Source of the DNA: Candidatus Electronema halotolerans
GTDB taxonomy: Bacteria; Desulfobacterota; Desulfobulbia; Desulfobulbales; Desulfobulbaceae
Assembly (NCBI GenBank): GCA_942493095.1
Contig: OW818675.1
Coordinates: 2,460,001-2,492,000 of the forward strand
Direction of reading: 5' to 3'
DNA length: 32,000 bases
In this document: positions 1 to 8,432 of the stretch, piece after piece
How the letters are laid out: each line of letters begins with the position of its first letter
Position numbering within the stretch: position 1 is the first letter of the stretch
Program-made: the position numbers and the translations under genes
Notes under the pieces: generated by a model
What the model was told of the DNA's origin: nothing
The model's database searches: none
Seen by the model: only the letters and a program-made list of their open reading frames with translations

Positions 1-1303
1 ACTTGAGCGGCACAATGCGGCCATTGACCCGCGCCCCGTTGCAGCGGTCGCCAATCGAAGTGTGGATGGCGTAGGCAAAGTCTATGGGCGTGGAGCCACG
101 CGGCATGTCGCGCACCTCGCCTGCCGGGGTCAGGGCATAGACATCCGGGTCATACAGCTCGCCCCGGACAGAGTCCAGGAACTCGACCGAGTCCTCCACT
201 TCCTGCAAGCCTTGGACCAGCTTTTTCAATTCCTGAAACAGATGCGCGTCGCTCTTGCTGATCTTCTGGCCCGCCTTGTAGGCCCAGTGGGCAGCCACAC
301 CTTCCTGGGCCACCTCATCCATCTCCTGCGTGCGGATCTGAATTTCCATGAAATGGCCGCCCGGCCCAGCCACCGTGGTGTGCAGGGACTGGTAGTTGTT
401 CTGCTTGGGCGCGGAGATGAAGTCCTTGATCCGGCCCTGCACCGGAGTCCAGCTGCCGTGGATGGTGCCCAAGGATTGGTAGCATTCCCGAACTGTTCTG
501 ACAATGATGCGGAAAGCCACCTTGTCATAGACCTGCTCAATCGGGATGTTCTGGACCACCAGCTTCTTGTAGATCGAATAGAGATGCTTGGGCCGGCCCA
601 AGACCCGCAGCGGAGTGATGCCGTTCGCCTTGAGATTGGCGCGGAGGATTGCTATCACTTCCTCGACATACTGTTCCCGCTCGCCGATGGTGCTTTCTAT
701 GTGCTTGGTCAGGGACTCGTATTCTGCTGGGAAGAGATGCTGAAAGGAGAGGTCTTCGAGCTGCCGCTTGAGCCAGTCAATGCCGAGGCGGCTGGCAAGC
801 GGCGCGTACAGATCCATAGTCTCGCGGGCTATCTGCCGCTGCCGCGTCGTGTCTGAGCAGTGCAGATGGAGCATGTCATGGAGGCGGTCGGCCAGCCGGA
901 CCAGCAGGACGCGGATGTCCGCGCTCATGGCCAGAAAGAGGCGGCGGATGTTCTCAGCCTGATGGGTCAGGCTGGAGTCATAGCGGACATGGATGATTTT
1001 GGTCGCGCCGCTGACAACGCCCGCCACATCAGGGCCGAAGCGTTGCTCCAGCTCCTCGGCGGTGGCGGCGTTCTCCTTGATCATACCATGCAGCAGGCCG
1101 GCGATGATCGAGACCAGATCAAGGCGCATTGAAGCCAAGGTGGTGGCCACGTCGAGCAGATGCCGGGTGTACGGCTCGCCGGAAGGATGAAGTCGCCCCT
1201 TGTGCCGCTCGCAGGCGAACTGATACGCTTCCTGGAGCGGACTGAGATCAACCTCGTGGAGATAGCTGCGGGCCACTGAAAGCAGCCCTTGGAAATCAGG
1301 CAT
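1..1303 (-). CDS. relA: RelA/SpoT-family (p)ppGpp synthetase, N-terminal part; the gene runs off the left edge
   Basis: Manual minus-strand translation from ATG at 1303 gives MPDFQGLLSVARSYLHEVDLSPLQEAYQFACERHKGRLHPSGEPYTRHLLDVATTLASMRLD..., followed by a synthetase domain (KVAFRIIVRTVRECYQSLGTIHGSWTPVQGRIKDFISAPKQNNYQSLHTTV...MEIQIRTQEMDEVAQEGVAAHWAYK) and the start of a TGS domain (YALTPAGEVRDMPRGSTPIDFAYAIHT). The HD motif is degenerate. Confidence 0.93.
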   Translation of the reverse strand, partial: MPDFQGLLSVARSYLHEVDLSPLQEAYQFACERHKGRLHPSGEPYTRHLLDVATTLASMRLDLVSIIAGLLHGMIKENAATAEELEQRFGPDVAGVVSGATKIIHVRYDSSLTHQAENIRRLFLAMSADIRVLLVRLADRLHDMLHLHCSDTTRQRQIARETMDLYAPLASRLGIDWLKRQLEDLSFQHLFPAEYESLTKHIESTIGEREQYVEEVIAILRANLKANGITPLRVLGRPKHLYSIYKKLVVQNIPIEQVYDKVAFRIIVRTVRECYQSLGTIHGSWTPVQGRIKDFISAPKQNNYQSLHTTVAGPGGHFMEIQIRTQEMDEVAQEGVAAHWAYKAGQKISKSDAHLFQELKKLVQGLQEVEDSVEFLDSVRGELYDPDVYALTPAGEVRDMPRGSTPIDFAYAIHTSIGDRCNGARVNGRIVPLK

Positions 1304-1694
1304 GGTATTCTGCAAAGGCGGGCGCACCCTGCCGCTGCTGGCAGCTTGCCGCCGCAGCGTTCAGGATGGTCAGGAACTGATATCCTTGATCAAGAGTAAA
1401 GTTCGCCCTGTCGGTCATCGTGCAGGGAAAACAGAGGATTCTAAAAGACTGCCGACTTATCGCCGCTGGAGGGCAGGCCGGGCGGAAAGCACCGCGCTGT
1501 CAGAGTAGGCCGGGACGCTGCTTTTGTCAAGCATATCCTGCGGCAGGCCGTTTTTACATCTGGAATGATCGGTACGATCTTCAGCGCATGGTCTGCACAG
1601 CTTGAAAGCGGCGGGAGGAAGCGGGAGCGTTTTTACTGCGGGGGCGGCAAAGAGCCAATAGATTGCTGCACTTTCTCTGTTAACATGGGTTCTT

Positions 1695-1795
1695 TGCCCA
1701 GGCGGAAGCCAGCCGCCGCCTCAAACCCAGCAAAGCTCGGCTGCCGCAGCAGTTTCAGCAGGAATGAGCCTGCTGCTGCCGTGTTCACCGCGCTC
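1695..1795 (-). pseudogene. Remnant of the 3' end of a hydrogenase maturation protease (hoxW-like)
   Basis: Minus-strand translation SAVNTAAAGSFLLKLLRQPSFAGFEAAA matches the HoxW C-terminus VENTAAAGTFVLELLRQPSFAKFEAAA. DNA 1715-1785 matches 2680-2750 at about 62/71 positions by hand alignment. An in-frame stop lies just upstream. Confidence 0.75.
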
Positions 1796-1828
1796 TTACC
1801 GCGTTGTTAAACTCGAATTGAACAGATT

Positions 1829-2599
1829 TCAATAGACTTCTGGGACGTAATTCAGCTCGGAAACCGTGGTGGGTTGAACGATATCTTTCGCGTGCAATTT
1901 TGGCAACTTGATCGGCGGCTGCATTTCAAAGTGATAGGGAATTTTACCCAAGAGATGCGTGATGCAATTCAGCCTCGATTTCTTTTTGTGGTTGGCATCC
2001 ACAATATGCCAAGGGGATTGCGTGGTGTCAGTTTGTTGAAACATAGCGTCACGAGCCGCAAGATACTCTTGACGTTTTTCTCGAGATTCCAAGTCTGTTT
2101 TGCTGAATTTCCAGCGCTTCAACGGATTGCTGACACGCTCTTTGAAACGCTTTTCTTGCGTTTCATCGCTGATCTCAAGCCAATATTTGATCAGGACAAT
2201 TCCTGAACGGATCATCATCATTTCAAACTCTGGGCACGAATGCAGAAATTCTTGGTACTCTGCTTCCGAACAAAATCCGAGAACCTTTTCCACGCCAGCC
2301 CTGTTGTACCAGCTCCTGTCAAAAAGAACAATTTCTCCTGCCGCAGGCAACTGTTGCACGTATCGCTGAAAGTACCACTGACTTTTTTCCCTTTCCGTCG
2401 GCACACCAAGCGCGACGATCTTACAGAACCTTCCGTTGAGCCGGTGCGTGATCCGTCGTATGATGCCGCCTTTTCCAGCAGCATCCCGTCCTTCAAAAAC
2501 GACCACGACCCGCTTTCTTTCTTGTTTGACCCACTCTTGGAGCTTAATCAGCTCGACCTGCAATTTTTCCAGTTCATTTTCATACTTTGTACGATTCAT
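1829..2599 (-). CDS. ppk2: Polyphosphate kinase 2 family protein
   Basis: Walker A-like FEGRDAAGKGGIIRRITHRLN, FDRSWYNRAGVEKVLGF and the WH.VDANHKKKSRLNCI region are typical of PPK2. Start taken at MNRTKYENELEKLQ; the longer ORF to 2698 overlaps hoxW. Confidence 0.93.
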   Translation of the reverse strand: MNRTKYENELEKLQVELIKLQEWVKQERKRVVVVFEGRDAAGKGGIIRRITHRLNGRFCKIVALGVPTEREKSQWYFQRYVQQLPAAGEIVLFDRSWYNRAGVEKVLGFCSEAEYQEFLHSCPEFEMMMIRSGIVLIKYWLEISDETQEKRFKERVSNPLKRWKFSKTDLESREKRQEYLAARDAMFQQTDTTQSPWHIVDANHKKKSRLNCITHLLGKIPYHFEMQPPIKLPKLHAKDIVQPTTVSELNYVPEVY

Positions 2600-2660
2600 T
2601 CTGTTTCCTCTGGAAGACTTTATTTTCTTGAACTTGGGCGCATGCCAGCCAAGCAGGACA

Positions 2661-3143
2661 TCAGACCTGCGCAACTGCCGCCGCCTCAAACTTGGCAAAG
2701 CTCGGCTGCCGCAGCAATTCCAGCACGAATGTGCCAGCCGCTGCCGTGTTCTCTACCCCAGCAGCACTCAGCCCCTCGCGCAGGTTGTAGGCAGCCCCGC
2801 CGATCTCCAGCAGATAGACTGGCGGCACCGTTTGATAGAGCTGGAGACAGAGAGCCAGCACAGACTCCGGCGGCATGGCATGAGTGGTGAAGGAGACGCT
2901 GGCGGCTGGCTCCAGGCGACTGAAACGAAACTGACCAACCGCATTTCTGGAGGCATCGGCAAAAACGACAAGGTCATGCTCGCGCAGGAGCAGGGCATCC
3001 TCAATATTGAGCTGATAATTGCTGTCCACGGTCACGCCGGGCAGAGCCGCTGCCCTGACCTGCTCGGCCAAGGCAACGCCTGCACCGTCGTCTTCCCGGC
3101 CCGGATTGCCAAAGCCGTATATGAGAATGGAGGCGGGCTTCAC
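2661..3143 (-). CDS. hoxW: [NiFe]-hydrogenase maturation protease (HoxW-like)
   Basis: N-terminal ILIYGFGNPGREDDGAGVALAEQV, conserved DAS, and THAMPPE in the HoxW/HycI family pattern. It overlaps the hoxH stop by 4 nt. Confidence 0.9.
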   Translation of the reverse strand: MKPASILIYGFGNPGREDDGAGVALAEQVRAAALPGVTVDSNYQLNIEDALLLREHDLVVFADASRNAVGQFRFSRLEPAASVSFTTHAMPPESVLALCLQLYQTVPPVYLLEIGGAAYNLREGLSAAGVENTAAAGTFVLELLRQPSFAKFEAAAVAQV

Positions 3144-4606
3144 ATGTTCTTCCGCCGCTGATCCAGCACTGCGCCGGCAGCATCGTGCAGGGTGATCTCA
3201 AGGGGCATCTGACCAATGGCATGGGTGGCGCAGCTCAGGCAGGGGTCATAAGCCCGGATGGCGACCTCCACCGCGTTCATCATTGGCTCGGTGATTTCCG
3301 CCTTGCCGTTCATCTGATCCACTGCTGCACAATGCACCGCCTGATTCATCGGTTCATTGTTGTTGGTGGTCGAGACGATGAGATTGCACATCTTGATCAG
3401 GTTGTCCTCGCCGACCCGGTAATGGTGGAACAGGGTGCCACGCGGTGCCTCAATAATGCCGATGCCCTCCTCGCGTCGTTCGCCCTTAGTGACCAGCTCC
3501 CCGCTTTGCAGATCAGGATCATGAAGCAGGTCGCGCATCACTTCTGCTGCGTGCAGGGTCTCAATCAACCTGGCCCAATGATAGTGCATGGTCCTGTTGT
3601 TTGGCTTGCCGGAGCTGTAGGCCCGGAACTGCTCAAAAGCTTGCTGCGCCTTGGGACTGGGAATGAAATCGCAGACATTAAGGCGCGCCAGCGGCCCGAC
3701 CCGGTACCAGCCCTGTTCCTTGCCCAGTTGCTTGATGAACGGGAACTTCATATAGCTCCACGAGCGCACCTCTTCCGCGACAATATCCAGATATTCCTGA
3801 TTGTCAACATCATCAACAATCCGGTTCCCTGTCGAATCCACAGCCCGGATTACGCCGTGATAGAGATCAAGGGCACCGTCCTTGCGGACTATGGAAAGAT
3901 GATTTGAAGGGAAGGCGGCAAAGCTGTCCAAAAAAGCGGCATTCTTTTGGTGATGATCAAGCAGCAGGGCAATGGCTGCTTCGGCCCATTCGATCATCTT
4001 GCTGATGCTCAAATCAGGGTTGCCGCCAATGCCATTAACAAAGGCATCTCGCTCCTCACTTGAAAGGTGCTTGTTGATGCCGCCGGGAATAGCCCCAGTG
4101 CCGTGAATCTTCTTGCCAGCCGTTGCCGCAATGATCTCCTGCCCGTACTTGCGCATGAGAATGGCCTGCCGAGCCAGCTCAGGATGCTGGATGGCAATGT
4201 TGACCACATTGCGGACAGTCGGATCAGCATCAATGCCAAAGAGCAGATCAGGTGAGGCCAAGTGGAAGAAATGGAGGACGTGTGACTGAAATATCTGGCC
4301 GTAGTGCATGAGCCGCCGCATTTTCTCGCCCGTCGGGGTGAGGCCGTGGCCGGTGCCAGCTCCAACCACTACATCCATAGCCTTGGCCGCCGCCAGATGA
4401 TGGCTGACCGGACAGATACCGCAGAGCCGTTGCACTAAAACCGGTGCTTCCCAATAAGGCCGCCCGCAGACAAAGCGTTCAAAGCCCCGGAACTCAACAA
4501 TATGGAGTCTGCTCTGGACAACGTTGCAGTTGTCGTCCAAATGAATGGTCACTTTGCCGTGCCCTTCAACTCTGGTCACTGGCTCAATGGTGATTTTTTG
4601 CGCCAT
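3140..4606 (-). CDS. hoxH: NAD-linked [NiFe]-hydrogenase large subunit
   Basis: N-terminal Ni-ligand motif RLCGICPVSHH, C-terminal DPCLSCATH followed by a cleavable tail AIGQMPLEITLHDAAGAVLDQRRKNM, and operon context. Confidence 0.96.
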   Translation of the reverse strand: MAQKITIEPVTRVEGHGKVTIHLDDNCNVVQSRLHIVEFRGFERFVCGRPYWEAPVLVQRLCGICPVSHHLAAAKAMDVVVGAGTGHGLTPTGEKMRRLMHYGQIFQSHVLHFFHLASPDLLFGIDADPTVRNVVNIAIQHPELARQAILMRKYGQEIIAATAGKKIHGTGAIPGGINKHLSSEERDAFVNGIGGNPDLSISKMIEWAEAAIALLLDHHQKNAAFLDSFAAFPSNHLSIVRKDGALDLYHGVIRAVDSTGNRIVDDVDNQEYLDIVAEEVRSWSYMKFPFIKQLGKEQGWYRVGPLARLNVCDFIPSPKAQQAFEQFRAYSSGKPNNRTMHYHWARLIETLHAAEVMRDLLHDPDLQSGELVTKGERREEGIGIIEAPRGTLFHHYRVGEDNLIKMCNLIVSTTNNNEPMNQAVHCAAVDQMNGKAEITEPMMNAVEVAIRAYDPCLSCATHAIGQMPLEITLHDAAGAVLDQRRKNM

Positions 4607-4623
4607 GATGGAAGATTCTCCTC

Positions 4624-5175
4624 TTAATCGAATTTCACTGTCTCGTAAGGCAGTTCCAAGGCCGTGCCAGTCACCAGCGCAGAAAGCGCGTTCCAGATCA
4701 GCTCGGCACGGGGCGGGCAGCCAGGCAGGAAATAGTCTATCTTGACGATTTCATGACAGGGATAGACCCGGTTGAGGAGCATGGGCAATTCGTCGTCATT
4801 CGGCAGAATGCGCTCCGGGTTGACTTCGGCAGTGGTCGGCGCATGAAGATAGGCTTCCTCCAAGCACTCGCGGATAGGAATATTGTTGCGCATGGCTGGC
4901 AGGCCGCCCATGATCGCGCATTCACCAACTGCAACCAAGATGCGGCAATGCTTGCGGAATGCTTTCAGCACCTCAACATTCTCGCTATTGCAACAGCCGC
5001 CTTCAATCAGGCCAATGTCGCAGGGTTTGGTAAAGGTCTTGATGTCATTGATTGGCGACTTGTTGAACTCAACCAGCTCAATCAAATCAACCAGCCGCTC
5101 GTCAATGTCCAAGAACGACATGTGGCAGCCAAAGCAGCCAGCCAAGGATGCCGTGGCAATCACTGGTTTGCTCAT
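4624..5175 (-). CDS. hoxY: NAD-linked [NiFe]-hydrogenase small subunit
   Basis: Fe-S motifs GCFGCHMSFLDID, EGGCCN, VGECAIMGG and LPGCPPRAELIW. Confidence 0.95.
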   Translation of the reverse strand: MSKPVIATASLAGCFGCHMSFLDIDERLVDLIELVEFNKSPINDIKTFTKPCDIGLIEGGCCNSENVEVLKAFRKHCRILVAVGECAIMGGLPAMRNNIPIRECLEEAYLHAPTTAEVNPERILPNDDELPMLLNRVYPCHEIVKIDYFLPGCPPRAELIWNALSALVTGTALELPYETVKFD

Positions 5176-5873
5176 GAATTCCTCCCGATCTCGCTGCCAA
5201 TGGGTTGATGGTCGTATTTGCGCTGGCCGATAGGGGTATCAAAACCTTTTTCCTTTCTGAGGATCGCCCCGACTGGACAGATGTCCATAGCTTGCTGGGC
5301 CAACTCATCCGAGATGGTCGCTGCCAAGGCCGTGTCAATCTTGATCGAGGTCTTGTTGCCCCGGTTGGTGAAGGCGAAGAGCGGCTTGCCGTCTTCGGTG
5401 CGGATAGCTTGAACGCAGCGGCGGCAGAGGACGCAGCGGTTGTGCTCCAGCATCAGCTTAGGCGGGGCAGCATGAATCTGCCGCTGGGCAAAGCTGTAGT
5501 CAAAACGGGGCACCAGCATCTGGAAGCGGTAGGCAAGGGCTTGCAGATCGCAGTTGCCGCTTTTTTCGCAGGCCGGGCAGAAGTGGTTGCCCTCAACAAA
5601 GAGCATCTCGACAATGGTCTTGCGCAGCTCGTTCAGCTCCGGCGTGTCATTCTCCACCACGCTGCCCTGCATGATTGTCGTTGTGCAGGCGGAAGCAGTT
5701 CGGCCATTGACCTTGACCGTGCAGATACGGCAAGTTCCCGGCGCGAGCAAATCATGCATATAGCACAAGGTCGGGATGTACACCCCGTTCTGCTTGGCAG
5801 CCTGCACGATGCTTTGTCCTTGCCGTCCTGTTATTTCCTGACCGTCAATGGTGAACGTAACTTTTTCTCTCAT
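5172..5873 (-). CDS. hoxU: Diaphorase Fe-S subunit, NuoG N-terminal-like
   Basis: [2Fe-2S] motif CYMHDLLAPGTCRICTV; CPACEKSGNCDLQ; RCVLCRRCVQ; 4-nt overlaps with both neighbours. Confidence 0.94.
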   Translation of the reverse strand: MREKVTFTIDGQEITGRQGQSIVQAAKQNGVYIPTLCYMHDLLAPGTCRICTVKVNGRTASACTTTIMQGSVVENDTPELNELRKTIVEMLFVEGNHFCPACEKSGNCDLQALAYRFQMLVPRFDYSFAQRQIHAAPPKLMLEHNRCVLCRRCVQAIRTEDGKPLFAFTNRGNKTSIKIDTALAATISDELAQQAMDICPVGAILRKEKGFDTPIGQRKYDHQPIGSEIGRNS

Positions 5874-7675
5874 AGCGCATGTTCCTGTTTGAGGTTAGGC
5901 GTTCTGCCGACACAGGCGCAGGATTCCTGCACTGCCGCTGCCAGATCAAAACGCGGCAGGATATCGCTCGGCTCCGGCAGCAAGGAGTGATACAGCTCCG
6001 GGAAGCTCGCCAACGAAGTGAGTACCGGGTTGGCAGCAGTCTGGCCAAGGCCGCATTTGTTGGCCTTTTTCATCACTGCGCCCAGCTCGCGCAGCACAGT
6101 CAAGTCCTCTGCCGTGCCTTGCCTGTTCCTGATCCGCCGCAGCGTCTTGCCCATGATGACCGTGCCCATCCGGCAGGGCGCGCAGGAACCGCAGGACTCA
6201 TCAATGAAAAAGTCCATAAAGTTCTGCATGATTGCGAGCAGATCGCGCTGCTTGCTGATGATAATCAGTGAACCAGCAGTGGCGCAGTCTTCAAAGGCAA
6301 TGACCGCATCCTGCTTGCTCGCACAGATGCAACGACCTGAAGGCCCGCCTGCTTGCACGGCTAACGGATCGAGGGCACCAGCCATATCCAACAGCTCGCC
6401 AATGGTCGTGCCGAACAGCACTTCATAGACCCCTGGCCGCTCGCAGTCACCGCAGATGGAGAGCACCTTGGTGCCCTTGGACTCAGCCGTGCCCATGCTG
6501 CTGAACCAGTCCGCGCCCTTGTCCATGATCTGGACGGCAGAGGCAAAGGTCTCGACGTTGTCAACCACAGTCGGAATGTCTAAATAGCCTTTTTCCACGG
6601 GGAAAGGCGGACGATTGCGCGGCTCGCCCCGCTTGCCTTCTGCCGACTCAATCAGGGCCGACTCTTCGCCGCAGACATAGGAACCCGCGCCAAGCTGAAT
6701 CCTGATATCAAAATCAAAGCCTGCCTGACCGGCAATATTCTTGCCCAGCAGATTGTCCGCCCGCATCTGTTCCAGCACCTGCTCCAGATAGGCTTCCAAA
6801 TAGCGGTATTCGGCCCGCAGATAAACAAGGCCGATGTCCGCGCCAATCGCCCGGCCGCAGATAATCATGCCCTCAAAAAGCAGATGCGGCACTTCTGTCA
6901 GCAGCACCCGGTCTTTGAACGTGCCTGGCTCACCCTCGTCCGCATTGGCGATCACACAGCGGCGCGGGCCTTGAGCCTTGGCGCAGAACTCCCATTTCAT
7001 GCCAGTGGGAAAACCTGCTCCGCCCCGTCCGCGCAGCTTGGACTGCTTCACCTCGCTGACAATATTCTCCGGCAGCATGGCCGCGCACTTGCGTACTGCC
7101 GCGCCTAGTTCATAGGCACCAAAACAGACTGGCCCGGTCTTGCGGATGTTGTTTCTGACCATAGTGCGGATGCGGGCATTATTGCCGTCGCCAAATTCTG
7201 TGACCATTGCTTCGACTGGCACATTCTGCCGCATCAGTTCAACTAACGCCGCAGCTTTGTCCGCAGTCAGGCAGGTGAAGACAACGCCGTTGATCAGGGC
7301 TGCAACCTCCTGATCATTCATGCCAATGTCTGCGGTGTAAAACAGACCGATCAGGCCGTCCTCAGTCACTGAGCCAAACGAGCAGCCTGCCGCCTGCTCA
7401 AAGGCCGCTGCGACTTCGGTACAGCCCATCATTTCAGCCACCGCGCTGTTGTTGAGATAGACCGTGTATTTCCCGCGTGAAGTCCGGGAAAAGAAGTGAT
7501 AAAAAGACATGGTCTGCTCAATGTCAGAACGGGCCAGACCGGTCTCCTGCCCGATCTGCTCAATGGCGGCCTCGCTGATCTGTCCGTCCAGCAGTTGCAC
7601 ATCATGGAGTATGTCCACGAGCCGGGTCGGGTCGTTGTGGTGTTTCGCCAGAATGGCGGCAAGCTCCTCAGGCAT
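5870..7675 (-). CDS. hoxF: Diaphorase subunit (FMN/NAD-binding, NuoF-like) with a fused N-terminal NuoE/HoxE-like domain
   Basis: GRGGAGFPTGMKWEF, ADEGEPGTFKDR, GAGSYVCGEESALIESAEGKRGEPRNRPPFP and ESCGSCAPCRMG. The N-terminal about 150 aa resemble a thioredoxin-like NuoE domain. Start placed at MPEELAAIL rather than the ORF-track start at 7720. Confidence 0.94.
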   Translation of the reverse strand: MPEELAAILAKHHNDPTRLVDILHDVQLLDGQISEAAIEQIGQETGLARSDIEQTMSFYHFFSRTSRGKYTVYLNNSAVAEMMGCTEVAAAFEQAAGCSFGSVTEDGLIGLFYTADIGMNDQEVAALINGVVFTCLTADKAAALVELMRQNVPVEAMVTEFGDGNNARIRTMVRNNIRKTGPVCFGAYELGAAVRKCAAMLPENIVSEVKQSKLRGRGGAGFPTGMKWEFCAKAQGPRRCVIANADEGEPGTFKDRVLLTEVPHLLFEGMIICGRAIGADIGLVYLRAEYRYLEAYLEQVLEQMRADNLLGKNIAGQAGFDFDIRIQLGAGSYVCGEESALIESAEGKRGEPRNRPPFPVEKGYLDIPTVVDNVETFASAVQIMDKGADWFSSMGTAESKGTKVLSICGDCERPGVYEVLFGTTIGELLDMAGALDPLAVQAGGPSGRCICASKQDAVIAFEDCATAGSLIIISKQRDLLAIMQNFMDFFIDESCGSCAPCRMGTVIMGKTLRRIRNRQGTAEDLTVLRELGAVMKKANKCGLGQTAANPVLTSLASFPELYHSLLPEPSDILPRFDLAAAVQESCACVGRTPNLKQEHAL

Positions 7676-8007
7676 GTTTGCTCCTCTTTTCTTGGATTTC
7701 TGCCGATTCCCTGCTGTCACTTATACCAGAACTTCTCTTCTGATGTCGATGTCTTTTTCGGTGCAGGCTGTGTTGATGCAAGAGAGGAGGAGATTATGAG
7801 CTGCGAGGAGAGGGAAAAGATTGCTCGGCAGAAGCGGTGCAGTGCTTCTGCCGGGTTTTGTTGTGCTGCAAAAGGGGGATGCTGCATCAGGAGGGAAAAG
7901 GATACGCAATGCGAAGCTGTCGTGATAGGCAGCTAACGACATCGGTGGTCTATACACCACTCTTTCAAGGATGATACCAAGAGCACAGGGTACGGCATAC
8001 CTACTAC

Positions 8008-8391
8008 CTACTGTGCGGTTACAAGATAATTATGACCATAGTTGTTGTCCCAATACCAATTTGCCTGATCCAAGTTGTGATAAAAGACGGCAAAGCTGAA
8101 GGACGGCTTAAGGCGTGGTTCAGGATGAATATCAATCTTCTTAAGGAGTTCGAAGTCTCTTGTCTTCCAGACCTCAACCATATTTCCGCCACCAGTCAGA
8201 AGCGAATGGGAATACAAGGTGTATATTTTCCGCCAGATGCCGTCCACATTGATCAGGACACCTGCCTGTTTGTTGTAGGACAGATTATGTAACTGGATTG
8301 TTGCATCAAGATAATACTCAAACATCCCGGAGCCGCGGTCTGGATCCTCGATAACCTTGGCTGATGCAAGCATCACATTGAAACAGATCAT
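8008..8391 (-). CDS. Stand-alone CBM21/CBM53-like carbohydrate-binding domain protein
   Basis: C-terminal FAVFYHNLDQANWYWDNNYGHNYLV matches the CBM21 hallmark pattern (F...Y...WDNN.G.NY.V); N-terminal QLHNLSYNKQAGVLINVDGIWRK is consistent. RBS-like GGAG lies upstream of the ATG. No catalytic domain in the ORF. Confidence 0.7.
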   Translation of the reverse strand: MICFNVMLASAKVIEDPDRGSGMFEYYLDATIQLHNLSYNKQAGVLINVDGIWRKIYTLYSHSLLTGGGNMVEVWKTRDFELLKKIDIHPEPRLKPSFSFAVFYHNLDQANWYWDNNYGHNYLVTAQ

Positions 8392-8432
8392 CTCTTTTTT
8401 CTCCGTCAGTTGTTATTTGAATGGAACATTTT

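Noticed and set aside
2600-2698. N-terminal extension of ppk2 to 2698
   Set aside because: It overlaps the hoxW coding end and lacks family similarity; MNRTKYE at 2599 is the natural start.
7721-7960. 79-aa minus-strand ORF upstream of hoxF
   Set aside because: No recognisable family, no convincing composition, and it lies in the probable hox promoter region.
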